DNA of 64,000 bases from Diadema antillarum. Its lineage: Eukaryota. Every line of letters starts with the position of its first letter. Within the stretch, counting starts at the first letter, position 1. The translations under genes were made by a program, and so were the position numbers. Location: assembly GCF_040938485.1 (NCBI RefSeq), contig NW_027271056.1, positions 2,728,001 to 2,792,000 of the forward strand. The letters run 5' to 3'. The notes under the pieces were generated by a model. That model ran no database searches. It was not told the DNA's origin and worked only from the letters and a program-made list of their open reading frames with translations. Below are positions 38,183-49,600 of this stretch, in pieces.

Positions 38183-41100
38183 AGATGTAGTCACAAAGCT
38201 TTGCTACGCATTTTGTGCTTCTTGAGCACATAATATGGGACTTGGCTTTCATAGCCCCCACACTTGTATCACCCTCTCCCACTGTACATACAGTTGTACA
38301 ACAGTTAGTACAACTTTGTGATTCATTTGTTATAACACCATGCTCATCAATTGTACAAAGAAATTTTGGGTCCTGTGTACTTCATGGCAAGTCAGGCTGC
38401 ACAGATAGTTTGGCTCGTTAACTAGGCAACTAAACAGGTGCATAATAGAATCCTGGCATGAGTCAGCTCCAGTCATGAATACACACATTGTGCAAATGGA
38501 AAATTATACACCTTGATGACTGCCACAATGAGATTTCCCCCTCCCCCCTCCCGAGAGGTAGGGGTGGGGGAGGTCAGTAGATAACTAATGTCTGCATGCA
38601 TTAGCAAAAAAAGTATATATCAATCTCAAAAGCTACAAGCAATAATTTGGTATTCATGACTAATGCAGACATCTTTATGAAAATCCTTTTGGCTTTCTAC
38701 TCAATCTTTTATGCAAACACGTGCAGCCTGGCTGGCAAATCAATGACAATGATTAGGAAGCAGAAGAGAATAGAAATACATCAGTGGGCAGCCTTATGTG
38801 CGAAACAGATGATTACAATGTGCTTAAAGCATGACAGTTTCAATGAGTGCCTAATGACGTTTTAAGCTGGTGTCGGACAGACAGCAAAGAACTGAGGGAG
38901 ATTGGGCAAATGGGTCAGTACAGCAGCTAAAGTAATTTGGCATTGGTAGCAATTCGACATGGAGATCTTCGCACTTTCTGTGAGGGTTAGACACAAACTA
39001 CTGGACACGAAGAGGAAGTGCACTCCACTGTGCTGAATTGCTGTTACATCTTTGCTCTGGGTTGACAGACATAGTGCTACTGTTTACAACTAAAGCCTGA
39101 CCCCGCATCCTTCTCCCACTGCCGATAAGGGCGGCTCTGGGGTGCTCCGATTAGACGGTAACCATTCTGGCATTGCTCTGTCAATATCACTTGCAAGGGA
39201 GATTCTTTTTCTCTCCCTCGTCCTCACCCCCCTCCTTCCAATCTCGCATGCTCTGAGTAGAGTGCAAACATCCCTCACAGTGAGTGGGGAATCACTCAGC
39301 CTGGACACACAGTGTCCCTTGGTGTCTTGATTTATGCATGCAGAGCATGTAAACCCCTATTTCCTCGCCTATAAGACCATCTGTCTTACATCCCCAACCC
39401 ACGCAGGTACATGTATATCCCCTTTTATTCATTCTCCGGCCAGCATCTCATAAACGTGTTTGGCATGTCAGTCGCATTTCTCCTCCAACCTCCCCTCTAT
39501 CCCAAAATCCATCCTCTCTTTCCCCAAACTTTTCCTCCTTCCCCAACCTAGGTGCTTGTCTTCCCTTACCAACACCCCCCCCCCCCAATTTCCCTACAGA
39601 CCAATGCATCATCAACCGAACAGCAGGTGCGGGGGGTGTAGGATACCCCCATGTGCTGAGAACATCCGGAGGAGTCTGTCCACAAAGAATGCTCCCCTCC
39701 TCCCCAGGAGCCCTGAGACACCTCTATCCAAACCCATGAGACACATGATGCTTTAACCACACCTACCACACACATCCCCCCACACAAGAGACATCGATCT
39801 CCGCAGACAGACCACACATAATTTTCATCCACTTTCTTTCCATATCCTTGCTATGTCTCATGGAATGAGAAAATAACAACAGAAACCCAACACAACTTCC
39901 CGATGAATGGCAGCATCAGGGAAAAGGAGCTGTGAAACTAAAAGTTGAAGTGTTAACCTAATACCGCAAGGAATGGAAGCATTAATCTCTTGTTTGGACT
40001 TGATGCTTAAGACAGACATGACTGCCTCAAAGTCACAATCAATTTGCCCTATCTCAAGAGAAGTACCTGAGTGTGTCAATCAGTATGTTTTAATGCATTG
40101 CTCATGACTCTCTTTTAGCATTATCCGAACACTTACGCTTTCATTCTGACACATCTTATGAAGATATGAATAGAATACAGGCTCATTCACCCAGGCACGG
40201 CAGCTCTGGACACACTCTAAATACTCCCTCCCACAGAGGTATTCAATGTGAATGATGGGCTACATTTATCCTCAAAAATATGCGACTGTCAAATGCTTTG
40301 TGAATATGAATTCTCCTGCTTTTATATCAAAGGATTGAAGTCTAGGTAGGAGCTACTTTATTCACAATTTACAGGATATTCACATCAGACAACCACTCTT
40401 CATCAAAATATGGGACATGCATGCAGTAACCTCAACAATTACTAGACTGTATACAGAATAGTCATGATCTTGAAAATGTGCAGTATAAAAAGAAGAACAG
40501 AATACTGCTACCTTTAAAACTAATCCTTACTACTTCAATTTCTTTCTTTCATTGTCATCAATGCCGATGGTGACGTTCTGCTGAAATTTTTGCACAACCA
40601 ACTATTTTCATCTAAAACAGGAATGAGAAAAGATGTCGGATTTTAAGGCAGCTGTTTTTACTGCAAGTCTTCCGTGGGAGTGACGAAATTGATTCAACTC
40701 AATATGGGTCAAAATAGTGGAAATATTTCACAATTTTAGTTTATCATCTCAATGTAGGTTGTCTCTCCTGGAGGAATAGTTAAAGAAGTTGTATGCACTC
40801 AGAAAGATGAAAACAGACATTTTTCAAGGAACGTACTCCTCCCTAAAACAGAATTAAACAGAACCTTGGTAGAGGGAACACAAATCAATGTAAGTTTTGA
40901 CATAGAGTGTAATCTACTCATGAACTTTGAGGGATATCAGTAAGGTTTGCAGAAGGTATCTACTACACATGAGGGATTCTCAGTTTTTGATTTTGGTGGG
41001 GTTTTTTTTTTTTTTTTTTGGGGGGGGGAGGGGGTTGCTGTTTTTTCTTGGGGTGGGGAGGGAGAGGGGTGGAGAGGGAAGACCTAACTGAAGTGCATCA

Positions 41101-43124
41101 AGCTAGGTCAGATGGATCCCCTGTGTCCCTTTTCTCCAAGATATTGGTGCCTTCCTTCCATGGTGACCCAAGGTGTAAGTGCACAGCTACAACCATCTGA
41201 CCCATTCCTTTCCTCCATAGGCTTCATAAATAAGTCAAGGAGAGCCTTAAAACTGTTTACTGCTAGTGTCGGCCCAGCCACCTACACAGCCGGGGACCCC
41301 AGGGCTGTGCAAACACACATCATCACCTCATCACTCTTTCCCTGTCGTCTCTCCCCACTCTCCCCCACCCACTCCCTTCTTCTCTGTGGTACAAAGTACT
41401 AATGACACTCTTGGAGTAGGCGTGGGGGAGGACAACACTCCTTGGGGTGGGGTGCCGGCGTGTGGCAGAAAAATTTATGATAAACAGATCATCCATCTTC
41501 ATTCATTCATCCATCCCTTCTGAAAAAAAAAAGAAGCCATATTCAGTGAGCAGTGGAAAATTGACAAGAGTCTGTGGAGGTGAATGGCAGTCAAGGAATG
41601 TAGTTTTAACGAGTTGTATGATACTGTACAATAACTTCATAGTTCAGCCCCTTACAGGAGTTCAAATGAAATGCAACCAATGGGTTAGATATTTGCAATA
41701 AATACAAAAGGTTGTTCAAAAATACCATCACTTCCAGGAATTATGAAGTTGAAATGTTCACATATAAAGGATTTGACTCTAAACAACTTGGCTCATCCAG
41801 CTTTCTATTCATGGCATGGAATGAAATTTTGGTTAAGAAAACTGATCACCCTAAGGAAATATATAGGCCTATAACATTCAGTTCAAGGGATTTCCTTGGC
41901 TAATAGTATTTCTTGGTCATATCACTGAGTCACAGTAAACTTCATTCTCAATGCAGCTTGCATAAGTGTACATCATGGCACATTTAGGACATGGTACAGT
42001 AAAACCACTAAAACACCAAGTTCTAACATTCCAACTTCACAAACTATGGTTGTTTTCTCTCCCTAAGTTCCTACATTAAGAAAACTTTCATGCTGTGGGG
42101 CATGTGTAACCTCAGCTCAATCATGTCCCCTCTCTTTCAAAACCTAGCTAAAATACAAACACAAGAGACTCTCGGTTCTGAGGTCCAAAATAACCCTGGT
42201 GATAAAGTGCAAGGGTAAGGGTTGGGGGTAGGGGAGGGGGATATGGTGTGTCTATATGAAAAGCAATATCTGAGACAAATCTTAGGATTGTATTTGTGGT
42301 AGGTCAATTTCATATACATATTGTGAGTGACCAGTTACATTGTTGGTACATGAGTCGTCGTTCTATACAGCGCAGATTTATTGTATCACACAGCTGACAT
42401 AGATTCAATCACACACAAATTGACTTTCACTAAAGGGGCTACTTGCGATTTGACTTCACGCTGCCTTCTTGAAACATGGCCATAATAATATGAGGCTCTG
42501 CCGATGCCAATAACTCACGCTCGGATATCTCTTTAGGATGGCAACTGTTCCATGATTTGTAGAATGTGAAATTTTCCCACCGTTGTGGGGATTGCGAAAA
42601 TATGAGGCTTGTTTTGAGAGAGGTCCTGCACCTGTCATAACAGATCTCAACCAGTCATATTTTTTAGATCTTCCATCTGTCTCTATTTCTGAAGGAAAAT
42701 ATACAAATATGTTTTTGCCAAGAGAAAGATCTCTCAACTTTCACTCAAAAACAGCATCCAGTTGGCTGGATCCTGCTATTATAAGTCTTTACACATAAAT
42801 TTGATTTGTTTGTCTCAGTTCCCACTGAAATGTTCTTGAAATCTCCACATACACAGAATTGACAAAAAGCAGCATTGTCATAACGATACGTATTTACCTA
42901 CAGTGATCCAGATAATTATCAAGAAAGCCAACAAAAGAAAGTTTGTGCAAGTGTGGTCCATCATTAGTTACTATGCAAATATCAACCAAAATGGCCATAT
43001 CCTGCATTAAACATCATTGCATACTACCATACACACGAGTCATTACTAAGTTATGTAGATCTAGTCAAACTACATAATATAAATAAACATTTTTTTTTTT
43101 TGCTGTCAAAAACAGTACAATTTA

Positions 43125-43148
43125 TGTGTGTGTGTGTGTGTGTGTGTG
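43125..43148. repeat. (TG)12 microsatellite
   Basis: Perfect dinucleotide run followed by tgcg repeats. Confidence 0.9.
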
Positions 43149-46100
43149 CGTGCGTGTTTTGGATGCTTGCACACATTATACCTGAATCACTTTAGTAGAG
43201 CAAAGATAGTGATGAAATATATCTACTTTATTAGAAATGAAAACATATGATGATCAAGACTAATATGATGTACAAAGACAAAGCAGGGAGCACTGAAATA
43301 CCAAAACATGGAGGTGTACGCATACAGTATTTACGAGTATAATGTCCATCATAGGGGAGTGTACAGTTGGCCACTGAACTCTTCGGATAAGACTCAAAAT
43401 CTGCTGGAACGCTTATCAAGTTGGCAATGCACAAAATGAAGTCTTGCTCTTTAATCCTCATCAATGAAGACTCTTTACTTCATAATGATGCCAAGACGTT
43501 TCTAATCAGATTGACATACGTGTAAAACTAACATATGATCAAGATATGAACAGTTTTAAATGTCCCAAACAGTCCCTGGTCAGAAATGACCGTCAGAAAT
43601 GACCTTCGGAAATGACACTATAATTGATGAATTTTTTGACAAAAACCCACCAAGCTGATACCATCCTATGAAAAGGAGGGTGGACGGATTTGGATCCCTT
43701 GCACGGACAAAACGCTCGGAATCAGTACGCAACTGCTGACGTGTTGGACATCCCCATTACCAACCACACACAGTTTGTGTACTCACTACAGGGGATACAC
43801 TCATTTCACCTGAGAACCCTGTTCAGCTGCGCATGAAATTGAATCTGGTTGGGATGTAATTGCATTGCTGCCACTTGGCATGACAATATCACAGTGTTCT
43901 CACCTTCCGAGGAGAAACAATCTGAAAAGTTAATTATGGATCAGCAGAGAGGGGTTTCCACGAGCTGAGAGCCCTGTCCTTGGACTTCATCTCATGCTTA
44001 ATTAAATCCTAACAAACTTTCGTTGATACATTGAGCTCCCATTTGTTTTGTGCACTGCTCAATATTGTACTCGATTCTAGTTTTGTTCAACAGGCACCAT
44101 AAGGAGATAAGATAAAATGAAAACAAGCCCGCGTAATCAACTTATTACATGTATATGAGACCACAAATCGTTGCAGTTGTACAAGTCTACTTTTGTTCTT
44201 TAGTTTTCTCAAGCTTCAGAAAGATGTATAGCATAAAGAGCATATTCCACAGCAAACAATGACAAATTACATGATGTATTTGTGCATGCTGGCTGTTTAC
44301 TTGGCTACTGCACAATCCCCCTCCACCCCCCCCCCCCCCCCCCCCCCCCCCGGAAAAAAAAAAAATCAATCAATCTTTCCACACATTCTTTCTTCTTCTT
44401 TTTTTAAACTGGTTTGTGTTTGGTACTTGTATCTCAGCATTGTACAATGTGTAGCTACACTGGAGAGGAACAAGTAATGATGTTTTTATAACATGATCAT
44501 AACAACAAGGTAGTTGAGAATGTTACAGATTGGATCTTTTAACAATTAAGTTTTGTCTAAAGGATGCATACCTTGGTGCAGATAAATAACCACTCCTCTG
44601 ATTACTATCTAGGATAATCGCTCTCTTATTAAACGAGCAACAGGGTTCTTGCAAAATTCACAGGAATTGATGAATACTGAGTAGAATTGATATTTTAGTG
44701 TCTCCTGGCTACATAAGCACGTAATCTGACCTCAACCCTGATAAGCACAACATTCATGAGAGTCATCTCATACAGCACAGAGGGCTACATCCAGCAAAAT
44801 GAGTGAAATCTAACACAAGCAATTTGTAATCACTGTCACAGGGGACTTCTTGGAAAGTTTTTTTTTCTGAAGTTCTGCCCCCATTTCTTATTGGCTGGTA
44901 TTTTCTGCCCATCGAAACTTTCTTAACTATTTTGTTTTGCATTGGTCAAGTCTCTGCTTGGTGTCATGGCACGCCAAGTGATGACGTCATTCCTGTTCTG
45001 AGAATCAATAGGAGGATGTAAAATCCTTACAAGACGCGTTCTGGATTCTGGCGTTGGGCGTGCTGGAGAACTTGGAGCATGTGCAGTTCCTTAAAATGAC
45101 GTCATTACATCGGCATCCATGTACATGATGTGAAATCAAAAAGTCCCTATCACTTCATGTTCTCGGAAACCAGGGGTTCTCTGAAATGGTCCTGTCTTGG
45201 TAAACTGTAAACTTGTATGGTGTGACACGAATTCCTATGCCCTGCAGTTTAGCATGGCGGCATTTTGCTTTCTTGGAAATTTCCACCTGCCTGGCCTGGC
45301 TGGCATGGATGTCGGGTTTCCCTCACATCGAGTATGCAATCTCTTAGCCTGACATGCATAGTTATCTTTTTCTGTAACCTTTTGTTGATTTTTTTTGGTA
45401 ACACCATAACATGGGTATTAAACAAAAATTGGAACAAATACGGAGAATCCGTAACGGTTGGTATCTTTGAATAATGACGTCCACATTCCAGACAGTATGA
45501 GGTATATCGTCAGGGATGCCCTTTCCTTGTATTTTTACGTCACATAGGGTCTACTCATTGTGGAAACATTTATTTCCAAGCCATTGTCATTACCTTTTAT
45601 TCTTGAAAAATTTCCCAAATCTTTATAATCTCAACCGGATGCCAGCCCTCCCGGAACAGGAACAAGAATAAGAAATGCAATCTTAAAAGTGATTCCTACT
45701 GGTGAGTTCCATATACAGTGCAGACGGAGCCACAGTATCAAAAAGTTTTCTCCTAAAACTTGCTAGAACCTGAAAAAAACTTGAAATATGGGACAAGTCA
45801 ACACGGCACAGCGGACGAGGCAACGTGATCCAGACATAGGAACGCGGAGAGGGGGAGCTGTTTACATAACTTATATTGCACAATTATTTGGCAAATATTA
45901 TCTTCTAAAAGCTCCCAGCCATTGATTTTGAGCGGACGTTCGGCTCCCTGTTTGTACAACAGGTATATCAACAAAGACGGATGACATTTAGGCTCTCCGT
46001 CGGAGCATACCGGTTCGCCAAATATTTGATTTGCATACATGTAAGCCATTTTTAGTGATAGGAATGTCAATACATCCAATTTCTGAACACAGTACCAGTG

Positions 46101-46668
46101 TAGCAAAAAATCTTTACAAACCTGAGCAGCCAAGAAAAAATAATAAATGAAATCAAGTATAAGAAAAAAAAATGTGAGAGAAACTGCATACATGTACACT
46201 CAAAGTGCTGTGAATCAAGGCTATTATCAATTTGGCATGTTCTTACCATTCACAATTACACTTTTTAAAGTTCTAGTAAACTGTTATACAGTTTAATAAT
46301 TCATGATCATATCTTTTAAATGTGGACATTTCAAGAAGTTCTTTGAAATTTGCTTATTTTAATATCAATAAAGCACACTACTGCCTCCATTTTCCTTAAA
46401 GGTCATACAATTCATTCACAGTCTATGTAAAACTGGATGAATAATTTCATGTACAATTGTACTTATTATCTACAGTGCAATAACAAAATAATTTGTTATA
46501 AGTGGTCTTTGTATTTTATAAAGAAATCACAAACCAATACATATTTTAATAACTACAATATACTAAAATCTAGGTAATTCCAGGAACAAATCCACATGTC
46601 AAACATCAACTACCAATTCCTTTAACTGTCTACAAAGTGATGAAAAGGACTAATTTAAATATACTCAC

Positions 46669-46687
46669 ATCTGTTAGACCACCGCCC
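46669..46687 (-). CDS. CFAP410: CFAP410 coding exon 2, 19-nt microexon ((W)GGGLTD)
   Basis: The minus strand reads tttccctttcttctctctttatctgcag|G GGC GGT GGT CTA ACA GAT|gtgagt: long polypyrimidine tract, AG acceptor and consensus GTGAGT donor. Length (19 nt) and phases (2 in, 0 out) match human exon 2 (W-GSRLTD, recalled). It joins the next exon in frame (LTD|VSIFRQM). Confidence 0.9.
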
Positions 46688-49600
46688 CTGCAGATAAAGA
46701 GAGAAGAAAGGGAAAGCACGTTAGAAAATAATTGATATATAAAGGTTATGTGATACGAGTGTTTATATGACATATCAAGTATATCTGCATTCATTGTTGT
46801 ACATGGCAAAATATGAGTAAGAATGTTGGCATCATACATTTTACATTGCTTAACAAACTTGGTACATTGTAGCATTTAAAGCACAGGGGATAATACTGAC
46901 TTGTTGTAGTAGTAGGTGTGATATAGAATGTCTATCAACATGACAAATTGATCTGATTTGATTTCTTACATGAATGTCACATAAAGTCAACTGAACACAG
47001 TACTTGAGAAATATTGAATCTTACAATGGAATTACAGGTTGTACTTGGAAACAGGTAAATGATAGTAAAGTTTTTATGCACAACATTGTTTTATCATAAT
47101 ACAACATGAAGATGAGCGGGTGTTAGAACTTAGAATTTCATGTTTCCAGAGACAAATTGAGAAAATCTAAGTGTAATAGAAATCCAGGAGACCATATCAT
47201 AAGCAGACAACTGACGAGGATAGTGGCCCATGAAACATTATAGTTACTCCCAGATGCACACGAAGGATTTAGAAAAAGTCTAGCTTTCACAAAGTCAAAG
47301 AGCAAAGAATATGACTACATTACAGAGCATGATTCATTACTTGGAAAAAACAGTTTTGTAAGCTATGGTTAAACGCCATTTTATTTTGTCTGCCTCAAAT
47401 GTAAACAGAAGATATTGGGATCTGCTACTCCCTGCTCAGAAATATAAAACACACTTGTAGTATTCTCTAGACACAAATGTTTGATAATAACGGAACAATC
47501 CCACATGTGAATATCTACACTGCAAAATCACATGCACACACGATCAAGTTGGTGACAACAGAACCACTTGTATGAAGCTACCTCAGAAATACAGTTGCAC
47601 CAAGCTATTTTCAACTTGTTTGTGCTTGTGAATATGGTTTGAATATATTATTTCACTTATCTTAGAGAAAATAATTCCTTTGCCTATCTGAGTCTGAAGA
47701 CAAAAGCTAACATGGAAAGAAGAGGAAACAAGCATATTAAACTTCATACAACTTCTGCTGATAGTAATTGAAATTGTTCACAATGCTCAGAAATTGCATG
47801 CAAGTTTTCACAAGTTGGTCACAGTTGCCCCTGAGCGTAATCTATGAAGATGAGTTGTTCTTTTCCAACTATGTCTGTCACACTCTGGTTCCCTCTCAAC
47901 TTTATTGGATGCTGGATTTCAGGAGTAAAAGAGGTTTCAGACTTTTAACAGAACTTGTTCATAACTGTCTTTATGAATGCATTTCATGCTAATTCAGGTG
48001 TTTTTCAAAGGCTCATTATACATGTAGCAATCTTGAGTCAGGTTTTTCCTCAACTTGCTTCTCACAACCACAGTCTCATGCTCCATTCTGGGAGCATGTT
48101 ATGCAATCTGAATGACTTGATTTTAAAAAAAAATGCAATTGGGATGGAGCTAAGCTTGACTTTTTATTCACTTCTGTCATGGTGTGTGTGCATATGTAAA
48201 TTATGATTATTGAAAGGTTGTAATATTTCACCACCAGGTGATGGAGTTTATGACAAAGTCTCTTGTATAGAATTATAGTTTGCAGTTTGGAGCCTAAGAG
48301 GAGACTCAATGCAGTATCTCAATGACTTTTGACTAGAAACTTGAGTGGAGACATATTACAAGAAACATGATTAACAATGATAAATGTTTGTAGTCTGAAA
48401 CCCCCCTGTTATTGCGCCCCTAACATCACATCTCACTGCTCATTTGCTTCTTGCACACCCTCTTTCTCTTTCTGTCTTTCCTGTTAGCTTTTTGTAGAGG
48501 AGCCTCCCTGGATTACATCCTTGAAAACTCATATCGCCATGCCGTCATGCACACTATACTTTTCATATATTCTTGTTTCCTTCAAATAGTTAGGGGCAAT
48601 AACATGATTGAATACCATACTCCCCCTCACAGTTCGCTGTCCTCCCATCCCATAGGCATCACCCCCCCCCCCTCCCAAGAAAAAATAGATAAAGGCAAAC
48701 AGGATGCAATCAGAGCCTAGAATATTTGTTGGCTTAGGGCAATGTAGCAGTGCCTGCTTAATTAACTCAAACTTTCTCTTCTTTCTCTTCTTCTTTAGTT
48801 TCTTCTTCTTCTTCTTTTCATTCTTCTTCTGCAATACAATACTGGTAGCCTACATGTCTAGTGGCATGTATTTCATGTTATAGTCTCCAGCTTAGACAGT
48901 AGAGTTATGCAATCCCGACAAAAGTACAAACATACTGATCGCGGACTTATCTCTACTGGAAATTTATAGACTAAATAGAACAGAAGAGAAGTAAATTTTG
49001 AGTGACCTGAGAATAGCTAATTGCTCATCAAGCTGCTGCGACATACTGATGTTTTCAGAATCATCATTTATAAGTTTAAGCTGTCTTTTGGAGTCCTTAG
49101 TCTGCCCACGGTGTGGATAGCAACCTTGCTAGAGCCATTTGTGTGAACGCAACCTTGCTACACTATGTGTAGATCCATTTGTGTGAACGCAACCCACTCC
49201 AATCAAGGAATGGGATGAAACATATTGCCAATAAAAATGGGATTACCTAGTCTGCCAAAACAGACGTTATGAACATCTGTCAACTCTTGGTATTTTGAAA
49301 AGCTAAAAAGAATATTTTGATTGAGGTTCTCTCACGGCAGTCATCTTACAGTATATGCATAAAACATCAAATTTCAATATATTTCAATTTTTTCTAACAG
49401 GGACAAGATAATGTAATATTTGAGCTTATCCCAACAACAAAGGCATGTTGAAATTCACTTCTTATCAAATGGGGGGGGGGGGGGGGGGGCTCTCTGTTAT
49501 CCAGTCATAACACAATCTCCGCTCAAAAAATGGACGCAATTCCTTTGAAATAATGGTCTGCTCCTGCTTCAATAAAAAGAGGTCTTCCAATACCAATTCT

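Noticed and set aside
40560-40870. Segment that reads like a common sea-urchin interspersed repeat
   Set aside because: No TIR, TSD or second copy in the window, so it cannot be supported without a database search.
42289-42313. Minus-strand MKLT... resembling CFAP410 exon 1
   Set aside because: It continues YHKYNPKICL with no LNCW and no donor, and it lies downstream of exon 2.
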